DNA from: a virus
Taxonomy: Duplodnaviria; Caudoviricetes
Virus record (IMG/VR): IMGVR_UViG_3300048623_000040
Coordinates: 1-57,452 of that record
Direction: 5' to 3' (one strand)
DNA: 57,452 nucleotides
The notes under the pieces are model-generated. The model made no database searches, had not been told where the DNA came from, and saw only the letters and a program-made list of their open reading frames with translations. Made by a program: the position numbers and the translations under genes. Position 1 is the stretch's first letter, and each line of letters starts with the position of its first letter. This document shows, one piece after another, positions 7,530-17,802 of this stretch.

Positions 7530-10361
7530 TTACACCCACGCACTTCCGTTCCAGATTTTAGCAGGCTTCAGCATCCACGCACTGCCGGTCCACACCTTGG
7601 TGGGCTTGTTGACCCACGCACTGCCGTTCCAGAGGTGCATGGTGCCGCCCGTTATCGGGTTCGCCACGATACCAGTGGACGTCAGGGCCAGCGCGCCGAG
7701 GGTCGTATTCAGGGTGCCGGTAACGGCAGGAAGAACGATGCCATTGGCTGACAGGGTCAGCGTGCCGAGCGTGGCGTTCAGGGTGCCGGTGACGGTGCCT
7801 GCGGAAGGCGTGAAGACCGTGCCGGCGGCGCTGACCGTGAGCGCGCCGAGAGTCGTCCCCAGCGTTCCCTTAACCGACACCTTGGCGGTGCCGGTCATGG
7901 TCAGCGAGCCCAGAGTCGTATTCAGAGTTCCCTTGGCCAGCGCCTTGGCGGTCGCCGACAGGGTCAGCGCGCCGAGGGTCGTGTTCAGGGTGCCTGTCGC
8001 TACCTGCCTGCCAGTCGCTGCCAAGGTCAGCGCGTCGAGCGTGACACTCAGGGTGCCGGTAACGGTCCCGGCGGAAGGCGTAAAGACCGTGCCGCTGGCG
8101 CTGAGTGTCAGGGCACCCAGAGTCGTTCCAAGCGTGCCCTGCACCAGCGCCTTGCCGCTGCTGGCCAAGGTCAGGGCACCCAGAGTCGTATTGAGCGAGC
8201 CGCTGGCCAGCGCCTTGGCCGTTGCCACCAAGGTCAGCGAGCCAAGGGTCGTGTTCAGCGTGCCGGTAAAGACTTGATTGGCGACGGTGCCGCTGGACGC
8301 CAAGGTCACGGCACCCAGAGTCGTATTGAGCGTGCCCTGTACCAGCGCCTTGGCGTTGCTGGCCAGCGTCAGCGCGCCGAGAGTCGTATTCAGCGTGCCC
8401 GATATGACCGGGAGCGGATCGAAGACCAAGCCGCTGGCACTGAGCGTCAGCGCGTCGAGCGTGGGTGCCGCAACCGGCCCCGATCCCAGATCGAGACCGC
8501 CGAACTGGCTGTTGGCAGTTTGCGTATTGAACCCACTGCCGACCGCCGAATTGTAGGCCGATATGACGGAAGTGATGGGCGAGGCGAAGGTCGTTGCCTC
8601 TTCGCCAGCGAACGAGTCTGCATCGACGGCCGTAGTCTCCGTGACCAAGGCATACGTCGTCCCCGGCACCAGCGTGACCGGCGCAATCGACCCCCACGCA
8701 TAACTGCCCGCACTTCTGCCGGTCATGTCGATGGACGCCGAGCCCAGAAGAGTCGCCGTGGCGGCTACGCGAAGATTGACCTTGTTGGTACCGGTGTTCC
8801 CGGTGCCGGTTGTCTTGGCCAGCCAGTTCACTGTCAGGTTGGACGAGACACTGAACAGGAAGCCGACTTCACCCACCCAGTCATTGCGGTAGTAGATCGG
8901 CGTGAAGGACGTAAGCTGACGACTCGTCGGTGCTGTCGGCGTCAGACCGTACTGGCCCTGCACCAGCACCTTGCCAGTGGCGGCTGAAGTCAGCGCACCG
9001 AGCGTGGTGTCCAGCGAGCCGGTGTTCAGCGGAGTCGTTACTTCGCCCGTCGCCGCCAGTGTCAGAGCGCCGAGCGTTACATTGACTGTGCCGGTAGATG
9101 TCGGAGGACCGGATGGCGCGAGCTTGAAGCAGCCCATCACCAGAACGTGCGCGGCGGCCAGCGATGACGTGATGCCTATATTGAAGAAGCCGGTGCCCAC
9201 CGTCTGCTTGATGCCGTCATAGACCGCCAGCGAGGTATCAGCGCCGGTTGTCGTCAGAACATCGGATCGTTCCAGCCACGAATTGAAGGCTGGATCGAGA
9301 ACACTGTCGGCGGTGGTGCCGCTCGTCGCCAGATCGTTGGAGACGAACCCCGTGTAGCTGCCTTCCTGCCCACCTGCCCACATGGCGACGGTAAGATCAT
9401 CGTCTTGTGTCGTTGTCGGCCCGGTGATGGCGCTGATTGCTGTCAGGTTTGTCGCTGTCGTCGTCGAGAAAGACACGTCGAGCGGCGTGGTCTGATCGAC
9501 GGCGCGATAGGCAAAGACGCGCCCCAGCGCGACTGATGGCGCGACGGGATGGGTGAAGGTGTACGACGGCGCAGACGAGCCGCGCACGATGTACGCCATC
9601 ATGCCGGAAGGCGTTGCCGACGTATTAGTCGCTGTGTTGTTGTTGAGTTGCTGGCTGACGCGCGTCCAACCAGATGGCAGCGTGATCTGCGTTGTCGAGG
9701 CGATGCGGCTGCCGATGCAGGCGACCAGCAGGTCGCCCGATGCGACGCCAGCCGGCTCGGTCAGGGTATGCGTCGTCGCCGTTACCTCGACGGACGTGCC
9801 GCGCCCGACGTAGGTCCACGACGTGCCTTGCATCGTGATGTAAGGATCGGTCGTCGTTCCAGTCTGCTCAGACAGGTTTATCAAGCTGCGACCGTCACCC
9901 GTTGGTGGAGTCGCCAGACGTTCAAAACTGGAATGAAGGCACAGGTTGAATGTCGCGCTCCGGGCTGGATCAATTGTCAGGGTCGCGTTCTTGGTGCCCG
10001 ATGTCGTAGTGATGCCGACTGCGGACTGCGACGCAGACGCCAGTGCAGCCCCCGCGATCTTGTTGGTGAGTGCGCTTACGGCGGTGAGTTCAAGCGTGTC
10101 GCCAGCCGGCGCGGGAGCTGCTGTAGCGACGGTGAACGTGACTATGGACGAGCCGCCGGCCGGGACTGCGCTGGTGTCAAATCGGAAAAAGATTTGGTTG
10201 CAGGTATAGGCAGTCGAGAACACCTGCCCCGTGAAACCTTGGTTCGCGCTTCCGCCCGTTGCGGCATTGGTATTGGCCCGCGCATTGAGATAGACGGACG
10301 AGCCGACGCTGGCGGCTTGGGTATCGGCGGCATCGGAATAAATCTTGAAAAGGATGCTCAT
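7530..10361 (-). CDS. Repeat-rich virion fibre/adhesin protein
   Basis: Many GTLNTTLGALTL repeats, lectin-like beta domains, C-terminal triple WxGSAW repeat; lies in the tail-fibre cluster. Confidence 0.7.
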   Translation of the reverse strand: MSILFKIYSDAADTQAASVGSSVYLNARANTNAATGGSANQGFTGQVFSTAYTCNQIFFRFDTSAVPAGGSSIVTFTVATAAPAPAGDTLELTAVSALTNKIAGAALASASQSAVGITTTSGTKNATLTIDPARSATFNLCLHSSFERLATPPTGDGRSLINLSEQTGTTTDPYITMQGTSWTYVGRGTSVEVTATTHTLTEPAGVASGDLLVACIGSRIASTTQITLPSGWTRVSQQLNNNTATNTSATPSGMMAYIVRGSSAPSYTFTHPVAPSVALGRVFAYRAVDQTTPLDVSFSTTTATNLTAISAITGPTTTQDDDLTVAMWAGGQEGSYTGFVSNDLATSGTTADSVLDPAFNSWLERSDVLTTTGADTSLAVYDGIKQTVGTGFFNIGITSSLAAAHVLVMGCFKLAPSGPPTSTGTVNVTLGALTLAATGEVTTPLNTGSLDTTLGALTSAATGKVLVQGQYGLTPTAPTSRQLTSFTPIYYRNDWVGEVGFLFSVSSNLTVNWLAKTTGTGNTGTNKVNLRVAATATLLGSASIDMTGRSAGSYAWGSIAPVTLVPGTTYALVTETTAVDADSFAGEEATTFASPITSVISAYNSAVGSGFNTQTANSQFGGLDLGSGPVAAPTLDALTLSASGLVFDPLPVISGTLNTTLGALTLASNAKALVQGTLNTTLGAVTLASSGTVANQVFTGTLNTTLGSLTLVATAKALASGSLNTTLGALTLASSGKALVQGTLGTTLGALTLSASGTVFTPSAGTVTGTLSVTLDALTLAATGRQVATGTLNTTLGALTLSATAKALAKGTLNTTLGSLTMTGTAKVSVKGTLGTTLGALTVSAAGTVFTPSAGTVTGTLNATLGTLTLSANGIVLPAVTGTLNTTLGALALTSTGIVANPITGGTMHLWNGSAWVNKPTKVWTGSAWMLKPAKIWNGSAWV

Positions 10362-10696
10362 ACGCCGATGCCTTCCAGCATCTCGCGCACGGCGCGGCGC
10401 AGGTCACGCCGCTCATTGCCGGTCGGATTGCGCGGCAGCAGCGGCGGGTTGACGATGTGGACCGTGTGGCGCTCGCCGTCGATCTCGACGCCCATGATCA
10501 ATTGCCGCTGCGGCCCAGCCATCACCTCCAGTATCCGGTAATCGACTCCGTTGTGCTTGTAGGGAATGTCGAGCAGCCGCCGCTTGATCTCGTCAACCAG
10601 CGCATGCGTCTTGATGAAATAGACGAGCGCCCTCTTCTGGTCATCGTCCAGCGTGACGTCGGCATAAACTGCCGCGATGTCGTCACGCAGGGCCAT
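10358..10696 (-). CDS. Hypothetical protein (tail module)
   Basis: ATG at 10696 (MALRDDIAAV), coupled to both neighbours. Confidence 0.6.
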   Translation of the reverse strand: MALRDDIAAVYADVTLDDDQKRALVYFIKTHALVDEIKRRLLDIPYKHNGVDYRILEVMAGPQRQLIMGVEIDGERHTVHIVNPPLLPRNPTGNERRDLRRAVREMLEGIGV

Positions 10697-10698
10697 CG

Positions 10699-11091
10699 CT
10701 AGGCGTTCGCATCCGTCAACGTGAAGGCGGTGATCTGCACGGTCTGGCCGGCGACGATGGTCGTGTTGTCGAGCGCCATGTCGCCGGGGATCGCGCCCTG
10801 AATGTAGCAGGTGCCGCCCTGCTTGATGCGGAAGTGCGCGGCAAGCCCGCCCGCCGCAGCCGAGGCAATCGTCCACGGTCCGTTGTTGATCGCCTTCGCT
10901 CCCGACGCAGCGGCGAGCAGCCAGTCCGACGGGATGCTGATGGTGGCGAGCGCCGCCCCGGTATCTGTCGCCGCGCAGTTGGCAGGCTGCGCCGTCGTGC
11001 GGATTTCAAGCGTCACGCCCGTGGTGCCGATCTGGGTTTCAATCGCGTCGAGTCGTGCGTTGCGCGTCAGCACGCCAAGTTGAACTGCCAT
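10699..11091 (-). CDS. Small virion structural protein (beta-sandwich)
   Basis: RNARLDAIET...LEIRT..QPANC...AAHFRIK...ITAFTLT pattern seen in phage structural modules; AAGGAG SD. Confidence 0.65.
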   Translation of the reverse strand: MAVQLGVLTRNARLDAIETQIGTTGVTLEIRTTAQPANCAATDTGAALATISIPSDWLLAAASGAKAINNGPWTIASAAAGGLAAHFRIKQGGTCYIQGAIPGDMALDNTTIVAGQTVQITAFTLTDANA

Positions 11092-11102
11092 GTCTCACTC
11101 CT

Positions 11103-13259
11103 TCAGGTGGTATCGATCCAGATGTCGTTGATCGCAGGCGACGACGGTGCCGTTGCGCTGATGGTGATCTTGACGATGTTGGGGGCGGTGACGTTTCCGC
11201 TGAATGCAGCCGTCGTGCCGGTCAGCGGGATGGAGAACGCCGCCCCGCCTGCCTGCATGGTCAGGTAGTTGATGTTCTGAAGAGCGTTCCTGAAACGATG
11301 GGCGTTGTTGTTGTAGATATTGTCCGCCGCTGCCGGTGAGCCGATTGAAAGGCGGACGTGGCCCGTCGGGGTCGCGAAGTTGGTGGTGTTGGCGTCGAAC
11401 ACGATCACCGGCATGGCGTTGTACTGGTACGACCCGGAAACCGAGACGCTATCGCTGAACGTCGCCGACGTACCGGTCAGGGTCTTGATGTAGCCGCTCT
11501 CGACGGTATTGAAGTACTTGGTGACGAACGTGCCATTGCGCCTGAACTCGAAGTCGGCTTGCGCCGTGGAGTCGTCATCAACCGTGGCCTCGACATAGAG
11601 CGTGCCATCGGCGGCGTAGTTGAAGATTCCCCAATTCTTGGCGTTGATCGTGCCGTTCGTCGTGTTGATGCGGAGACTGGGCCAGTCCGCTCCCGAGATC
11701 GTGATGCCGTCCTTTGCATCGATGTACTGGGCGTTCAGATAACCGGGCAGCACCGTGTCGCCGTTGCGCTCGAACTTCCATTCCTTCTGGACGGTGAAGG
11801 CGTTGTTCAACGCCTGAATCCAGAACCCGGTACCGAGGGCTCCGCCACCGCCAATGGTCATCTGCCAACCCTGCTCGTTAACAGGATTGTTCTGCGCCCA
11901 CATATCGATGCCCGCCCAGCCAGCCTCGGTAGCGAGGATCGAAATCCAGCCCCTCTCGTACAGGTATACGTTCTTGGCAACGTCGTCGCCGACTTGCAGA
12001 TCGCCGCTCAACGTACCGCCGGTCAGCGGCAGGAAATCTCCCACTGCGCCGCTGATGCTCGCCGGGATCGGCGTGACAGGCACCCACTGCCGGGACGAAC
12101 CATCGTCAAACCACAGATAGGTCTGGCCGCCGCCCTCGCTGCCGTCGGAGCAGAACCAGAGCTGTCCCACTGTCGGTACTGCGGGCGGTGTCAGGCCGAT
12201 AACTGTCGCCGCGCCGCCGCTGCCGCCATTGGCCCGCACCCACGCTGCCGTCACTGACTCGTTGGCTACGGCATCCGCAGGCGGTGTCAGATGCGTAACG
12301 ATTCCGCTGAATGCCGCCGTCTGGCTGGAGTTGATTCGCAGGACTTCCGTCGCACCAAAACCGCCCACCGGAGTAACGTAAAACTCCAACCGGCTTGGGA
12401 TGAGGCCGAGGTCGGTAGATGTGCCCGGAGTAATTGCAGCGTCTACTCTGCCCCGGATACTGGCGCTTTCGTTAAACCAGAAACCGTCGCTGGCGTTAAA
12501 CGAGATGGTGCCCATGGTGTCGCCGGGGAGGGCAGCACCGTGTGCTCCGATTGTAGAAGTGCGCGAAGTAGCCAGAACAATAGACGGCCCAGCTTGGGAA
12601 TTAGAAAATCGATACAGCGACAAGTTGGAATTGGTTGCGGGCGAGTTCCAGTTCGTGATCTGGATCGTTCCAAGTGTACCCTGACCCTGCACCCGGCCGA
12701 CAAGGCGAGTATGGTAGCCACCGAACAGCGCGTAGGATGAAAAATCCGCGATGGTGCCGGTCAGCGGGCCGGTCATCGTATCACCGGTCTTCTTGACGTA
12801 GAGAGCGTCGCTTTCCGAGTTCGACAGGAAGTTCGTATTGACCCAACGAGTCGTCGCCAACATCGACGAGTCTTCGTTCGCCACGATGGTGCCGTCGGCG
12901 TAGACGTGGCGCGGGATCAGCAGGTCACCGGGATGATTGAACTGGGCGAGATGTGCACGACTCGCCTCGGTCCCGTCGGTGCCCACCAGCGAGATGTTGC
13001 CCGGCCCGGTCGAGTAGAAGCCCGGCGTCTGGGCCTCGGTCAGGGTGAACTGGATCGATGGATCGTAGAACGTGCCGGGCACCAGCTTGAACGGCCCGCC
13101 AAGCACGGCGTTCGTAAGCGTCACGTCGATCAGGTGCGGCCCGATATTGTAGACCAGCGCGCCGTAGCCGGTCGTCGGGTAGGGCGCACCGCGCTGATCG
13201 GCAAGCTGGATGGGCGTGCCGCCCGACGAGACGATGGTGACGGCCTGCAGGGAGTTCAT
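11103..13259 (-). CDS. Tail fibre/spike-like protein
   Basis: YVKKTGDTMTG and FLPLTGGTLSG fibre repeats; C-terminal SATAPSSPAINDIWID. Confidence 0.75.
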   Translation of the reverse strand: MNSLQAVTIVSSGGTPIQLADQRGAPYPTTGYGALVYNIGPHLIDVTLTNAVLGGPFKLVPGTFYDPSIQFTLTEAQTPGFYSTGPGNISLVGTDGTEASRAHLAQFNHPGDLLIPRHVYADGTIVANEDSSMLATTRWVNTNFLSNSESDALYVKKTGDTMTGPLTGTIADFSSYALFGGYHTRLVGRVQGQGTLGTIQITNWNSPATNSNLSLYRFSNSQAGPSIVLATSRTSTIGAHGAALPGDTMGTISFNASDGFWFNESASIRGRVDAAITPGTSTDLGLIPSRLEFYVTPVGGFGATEVLRINSSQTAAFSGIVTHLTPPADAVANESVTAAWVRANGGSGGAATVIGLTPPAVPTVGQLWFCSDGSEGGGQTYLWFDDGSSRQWVPVTPIPASISGAVGDFLPLTGGTLSGDLQVGDDVAKNVYLYERGWISILATEAGWAGIDMWAQNNPVNEQGWQMTIGGGGALGTGFWIQALNNAFTVQKEWKFERNGDTVLPGYLNAQYIDAKDGITISGADWPSLRINTTNGTINAKNWGIFNYAADGTLYVEATVDDDSTAQADFEFRRNGTFVTKYFNTVESGYIKTLTGTSATFSDSVSVSGSYQYNAMPVIVFDANTTNFATPTGHVRLSIGSPAAADNIYNNNAHRFRNALQNINYLTMQAGGAAFSIPLTGTTAAFSGNVTAPNIVKITISATAPSSPAINDIWIDTT

Positions 13260-14320
13260 CGGTAATTCCGCGACAGGGCCAGCAGGTCCTTGATGTGGCC
13301 ACCCCGCGCGTAGGCCTTGTCCCAGCTCGTGCCGTTCCAGAACCAGCCGCTGCGATGCTCACCGACACGGGTGCCGGGCTCGCTCGGCGGCTCGGGCGTG
13401 TTGGCCACTTGCGTTGGCGGGGCGGCAGGCAGCTTGGCCTGCGGGATTTGCGCGATGATGCCGCGCAGCTTGGCGGCGTAGCCGGAGTCGGTGGCGTAGC
13501 CCGACTTCTGCAGCGCTTCGAGCTGGGCCTCCAGTCCCTTGGCCTTCAGCAGATCGGCGTAGCGTCCGTTCTCTTTCAGGAACTTGATGTAGTCGGTGAC
13601 GCTCTCGCCGATGTTGCCGTATGACCGAAAGCGCGCCTTCTGCGGCACCATCTTGCCGTCAACCATCTCCTGCGTGTCGAGAAGCTGCCCCTTGCTGGGA
13701 TCAGTCTCCTTGATGCCGAAGTAGTTGAATCCCGGCGCGTGCTTGCCGTAGCCGGTCTCAAGGGCAATTTTCGCCATCACGAGGTTGACGTCGAGGCCGG
13801 TCTCCTGCGCGATCTTGTCGGCGTGCGGCCGGATCATCGTGTAGAACTCGCCCGCGTCCTTGGGCGCGTTGGTGTTGACCGTGTGCTGGCCCTCGAACTG
13901 GTGCGGCTCTGGAGTCGTCGTGACGCCCGTGGTCGCCCCCGGAGTCGTCGGCACAGCGCCCGCAGCCTTGGCGGCTTCTGCCTCGCGTGCCTTTCGCGCG
14001 TCGTCGCGTGCCTTGGCGTTCGCCGCGCTCATCTGCTCTTCGAGCGCACCCGGCTTGGCCCACGCCTCTTCCGTCGGAGCCTCCGTCTTGGGCCTGAGCG
14101 GATCGGGCACGGCCATCGGCTTGTGCTCGACCGGCTTGGCGATAGGTCCCGGCTCGCCGACGATGTTGGTCCGGCTCTTGGAAAAGTAATCGGGTGAATA
14201 GGCCGCCGCCAGCAGCTTCTCGCGCATGTCGCCCATGCCTGTCGGCACCGGCATCTTGGTAGCACCGCTGTTGTTCAGGTAGAGCTGGATCAGGTCACTC
14301 GGGTTGGTGATCAGCGCCAT
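13256..14320 (-). CDS. Internal virion protein with GH73 glucosaminidase (FlgJ-like) domain
   Basis: ALETGYG...NYFGIK...FRSY...DYIKFL..NGRY...LQKSGYATDSGYAAKL. Confidence 0.85.
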   Translation of the reverse strand: MALITNPSDLIQLYLNNSGATKMPVPTGMGDMREKLLAAAYSPDYFSKSRTNIVGEPGPIAKPVEHKPMAVPDPLRPKTEAPTEEAWAKPGALEEQMSAANAKARDDARKAREAEAAKAAGAVPTTPGATTGVTTTPEPHQFEGQHTVNTNAPKDAGEFYTMIRPHADKIAQETGLDVNLVMAKIALETGYGKHAPGFNYFGIKETDPSKGQLLDTQEMVDGKMVPQKARFRSYGNIGESVTDYIKFLKENGRYADLLKAKGLEAQLEALQKSGYATDSGYAAKLRGIIAQIPQAKLPAAPPTQVANTPEPPSEPGTRVGEHRSGWFWNGTSWDKAYARGGHIKDLLALSRNYR

Positions 14321-16255
14321 CTAGCGCCCTCCAGAGAGTCGTCGCAGCGCGCCACCGCGCGCCAGAGGCGGTGTACCGTAGTCGTATTCACCCTGCCCGA
14401 TATGGGAGAGCTGACCGGCCACCGGGGCACCGGCTTTCTGTCCCGCCTTGATCACGGTGCCGACATCCTGCGCCGGCTTGTCGAGCCAGCCCGCCAGCGT
14501 GCCCAGCTTCGTTGCCGCCTTGCCCATCAGCTTGGGCGAGGCGGCAGGCAGGCTCACACCAAGTCCGGGCAGCGTCGTCAGTGCGGCTCCGATGATCTTT
14601 CCGGTGATGCCGCGCGGTGCCCACGTATTAAGGGCGTGCCCGGCGATCTCGGGCATGATGTCGATGTGGCCGGTCGTCTCCAGCGTTTCGACGTTCTTGA
14701 GTCGTTGGCCGAAGTTGGTGTTGACGTTGTTGCGCATCACCGAGGTGATCTTGCGCGCTGCGCCATCGATGGATGACTGCTTGGACCCGACGCCGAGGGA
14801 TTTCTCGATCTCCTCCAGCTCGTCCATGGTCTTCTTGTAGCCGGCCTGCGATTCGCGATAGAGGTTGTTGGGCTTGCCGGCATAGACCTTGTCAGACTGC
14901 TTGGCAGCGATGTCGCGGGCTTGGTCGGTCAGTATCTTGACGACTCGATTGAGGTCCTTGTCATCCATGGTGCCGCGCATGCCTTGGATGGTGCGCTTGA
15001 GGTCATCGAAGCCGCCCAAGGTATGGCCCGCCGGGTTACCCATCTCCCACTTGGCAATGACGTCGCCAATTTTCTCGATCTCCTTCAACTGATCGAGTTT
15101 TACGACCGGCTCTCCGTTCTTGCCGAACATCGTCTTGTAGACATTGTTCCACGCATCGCGTACCGGAGTCGTGTCGAGCACCGTGGCGTCGTGATACCAA
15201 CCGTCGGTCGGATTGTTCTTCCTGAACTCGAAGGCGCGACTGGCATCGGCCTTCATCGTCTGGACGCCCTGATTGGCCAACGCCACCGTCTGCTCGGGCG
15301 TGCGCGCACCATCCATCGCGTCGGTGAGCCGCTTGTATGCCGTGGCGGCATCGACGTTCGACGGGTCCATCGCCCGTTCCTTGGCCACCCGGAAGGCCTC
15401 GGCAAAGGCATCGGGACCGGCCCCGGTCGTCAGCCCGACAGTTTCCTTGGCCGCTGTCGGGATCGCCTTGGTCACGCCCCACGTCCCGAGGTTGATCGCC
15501 TGATTGATCGGGTCGATGCCTGCACCGATCTTGCCGGAAATTTCGCCTGCCCGCGTAACAGCTTTCCCGACGGACTGCGCACCAACTTTTGTGGCCACCA
15601 TGCCCGTGCCACGCAGCGCCCCGCCAACGCCCGTAAAGGCCGTTGAGGCGTCAAGCAGCACGCCTGCCGGGTCCTCGGCCACGGCCTTCTTGAAGCCTTC
15701 CAGCGAGCCGTAGCGGTCGATGTAGAAGTCCTTCATCGTGTCGAAGGTCTGCTCGATCTCCTTGCGCGCAGCGACCCGGTCGGTCGAGTTCTGTTGAGCG
15801 ACGTGCTTGAGGTTGGGAATGACGTTCTTGGGAATCACCGTGCCCAGTCCCGGTATGGTGACCGGCTTGTTGGGATCAAGCGCGCTCAGGAAGTGGAGTC
15901 GTTGCTTGGCCTCCTCGACCTCCTCGTCGCTGGCTCCACCGAGCTTGGACAGGCCGCCATGGATCAGGCTGCCGACCGACTTCACGGTGGTGACCGGATC
16001 GGCAACGGCGTGGACGATTCCCTTGGCCGCCTCATAAGCACTCGGTATCGCGTTTTTCGCCGCCGAACCCAGCACATCACCCCAGCTCAGCGACGGCTCT
16101 TGCGGAATTGTGCCGGGCGGCGGCTCGGAGCCTCCATAGCCACCACCCCCGCCGGTCGCAGTCGCAGGTAGCGGCGCAGCCGGGGCGTAGCCCGGTGGGT
16201 CGGGGATCGCGGCGGTGGTGTAGCCCGGTGGGTCGGGGATTTTAGGATTGGTCAT
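14321..16255 (-). CDS. Internal virion / DNA ejection protein
   Basis: Large Ala/Gly-rich helical protein in the ejection-protein position; N-terminal IPDPPGY duplication. Confidence 0.65.
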   Translation of the reverse strand: MTNPKIPDPPGYTTAAIPDPPGYAPAAPLPATATGGGGGYGGSEPPPGTIPQEPSLSWGDVLGSAAKNAIPSAYEAAKGIVHAVADPVTTVKSVGSLIHGGLSKLGGASDEEVEEAKQRLHFLSALDPNKPVTIPGLGTVIPKNVIPNLKHVAQQNSTDRVAARKEIEQTFDTMKDFYIDRYGSLEGFKKAVAEDPAGVLLDASTAFTGVGGALRGTGMVATKVGAQSVGKAVTRAGEISGKIGAGIDPINQAINLGTWGVTKAIPTAAKETVGLTTGAGPDAFAEAFRVAKERAMDPSNVDAATAYKRLTDAMDGARTPEQTVALANQGVQTMKADASRAFEFRKNNPTDGWYHDATVLDTTPVRDAWNNVYKTMFGKNGEPVVKLDQLKEIEKIGDVIAKWEMGNPAGHTLGGFDDLKRTIQGMRGTMDDKDLNRVVKILTDQARDIAAKQSDKVYAGKPNNLYRESQAGYKKTMDELEEIEKSLGVGSKQSSIDGAARKITSVMRNNVNTNFGQRLKNVETLETTGHIDIMPEIAGHALNTWAPRGITGKIIGAALTTLPGLGVSLPAASPKLMGKAATKLGTLAGWLDKPAQDVGTVIKAGQKAGAPVAGQLSHIGQGEYDYGTPPLARGGALRRLSGGR

Positions 16256-17799
16256 TCGTCTGGCTTCCACTGGCCATCAGGCCCAACGATCAACTTGCGC
16301 CCCGCCGGATCGGTCCACCTGTCGCCAATTGCCCACGCGCCGCCGGGGCCACTGCCCTTGCCCCCGCCGGAAGGCTTCGCTGGTGCAGGACCCGAGCCCG
16401 ACTTGCGCTCCTTTTCGGCGAGTCGTTCGCGCAGGCGTCCCTCCAGCCTGTTGGCACGGTCGACGATGGCCTGCAGCTCGGTGCGGAAGTCCCCGGTCGA
16501 CATGCGCCGGGCCAGTGCGTTCTGCGACGCCTGCAGCTTGGCACCTTCCGCCTCGGTCAACTGGCCGAAGCCCTTCATGTTGGGCAGCGCCTTGAGGAAC
16601 TCGATGGACTGAATCTGTTTGATCAGCGCCAGCGCCGCGACCTCGTCGGGGTTCGTACCCTGATTGAGTTCCACGCCGTACAAATTTCCAGTGACACCGC
16701 TCAGGCCGGGATGGTGCAGCAGCTTCTCTGCGGTCTCCTTCAGTTGAGCGACAGTTGCGACGGTGGTGTCGAGCGCATTCTCGCTGTTCAGCAGCTCCTT
16801 GGCGCGCTCGACCGTCACGGCCTTGTGGGCGGCATTCTGCGCTTCCCAGTCGGGCTTGCTGAGCTTGGTTTCACCCGGCTTCAGGCTGCGCTCGTATTCG
16901 GCGTAGTCGCGATGCTTGCCGTCATCCGATGGCACCGCCTTGTCAGCAAGCTGGCGCGCCTCATCCTCCTCGGTCTTCTCCATCTTGTAGGGCGCGGGAT
17001 CGATATGGCCAATTGAGCCCGGCGGGTGAGAGAGGTTATGCTCCCTGATCTGATCCCAGATCAGGTACTTCCTGATCTTGTCCGTATCGGTCACGTTGAA
17101 CCGCACCCCAGTGTCGCTGTTCATCTTGTCCTTGGTGATCTCAGCGGCGCGGTTGCGCGCGTCGGCGATGATCTTCTGGGCCATGGCCTCGCGCGCCAGC
17201 TTGGCTTTTTCGTCATCCTTGGCCGTCGGCACGCCCGCAGGCGCACGGGTCAGCGCCTTCTCTGCCTCCTTGAGATTGGCCATCTCGGTCTTTTCGCGTT
17301 CCCGTAGCTGGGTCTGCTCCTCCTTGAGCGGCTCGGCCTCGAACTCGCCGCGCTTGCGCTGCAGCTCGGCCAGCAGGGCAAACGAGTCGCGTCCGCTCTT
17401 CTCCAGATTGCCGATCACCGGAGCGGCGTTGCCCATCGCATTGCCCAGCTCATTGGAAAAATTGGAGGTGACGCCCGGAGTCGTTCTCAGGAATCCCGCA
17501 GCCATCGCCGCCGACACCGCTGGATTGAGGGCGACCGCCCCGGTGTAGCGCGAGTTCTTGAGACCCTCGATGGACTCGTCGATGGCCGCGAGATTGCGCT
17601 CGGTGATGCTCTGGCGGCTGCCCTGCGCCTTCGACAGCGCACCGCGCGTGTCCTTCAGCTCTTGGCCGTACTGATCCCTGAGCTTTCTTGCCTCGTCGAG
17701 GTTGACGTTGGCGTAGGGGTTCAGCGCCGTGGCGATGATCGACGCCTGTGACGGTTGCGGCTCAGGTGGCTGGGGCGGGGGAGGAACGATATCGGCCAT
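16252..17799 (-). CDS. Internal virion / DNA ejection protein
   Basis: Coiled-coil-rich; KGFGQLTEAEG motif; position in the ejection cluster. Confidence 0.6.
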   Translation of the reverse strand: MADIVPPPPQPPEPQPSQASIIATALNPYANVNLDEARKLRDQYGQELKDTRGALSKAQGSRQSITERNLAAIDESIEGLKNSRYTGAVALNPAVSAAMAAGFLRTTPGVTSNFSNELGNAMGNAAPVIGNLEKSGRDSFALLAELQRKRGEFEAEPLKEEQTQLREREKTEMANLKEAEKALTRAPAGVPTAKDDEKAKLAREAMAQKIIADARNRAAEITKDKMNSDTGVRFNVTDTDKIRKYLIWDQIREHNLSHPPGSIGHIDPAPYKMEKTEEDEARQLADKAVPSDDGKHRDYAEYERSLKPGETKLSKPDWEAQNAAHKAVTVERAKELLNSENALDTTVATVAQLKETAEKLLHHPGLSGVTGNLYGVELNQGTNPDEVAALALIKQIQSIEFLKALPNMKGFGQLTEAEGAKLQASQNALARRMSTGDFRTELQAIVDRANRLEGRLRERLAEKERKSGSGPAPAKPSGGGKGSGPGGAWAIGDRWTDPAGRKLIVGPDGQWKPDE

Positions 17800-17802
17800 G
17801 GC

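Noticed and set aside
3094-13259. Diversity-generating retroelement or invertible tail-fibre switch
   Set aside because: No reverse transcriptase or invertase gene in the window; the duplications are in-frame and not adenine-specific TR/VR pairs
16187-16241. 21-bp direct repeat GTAGCCCGGTGGGTCGGGGAT as a regulatory or target-site duplication
   Set aside because: Explained by an in-frame IPDPPGY peptide duplication at the N-terminus of the ejection protein
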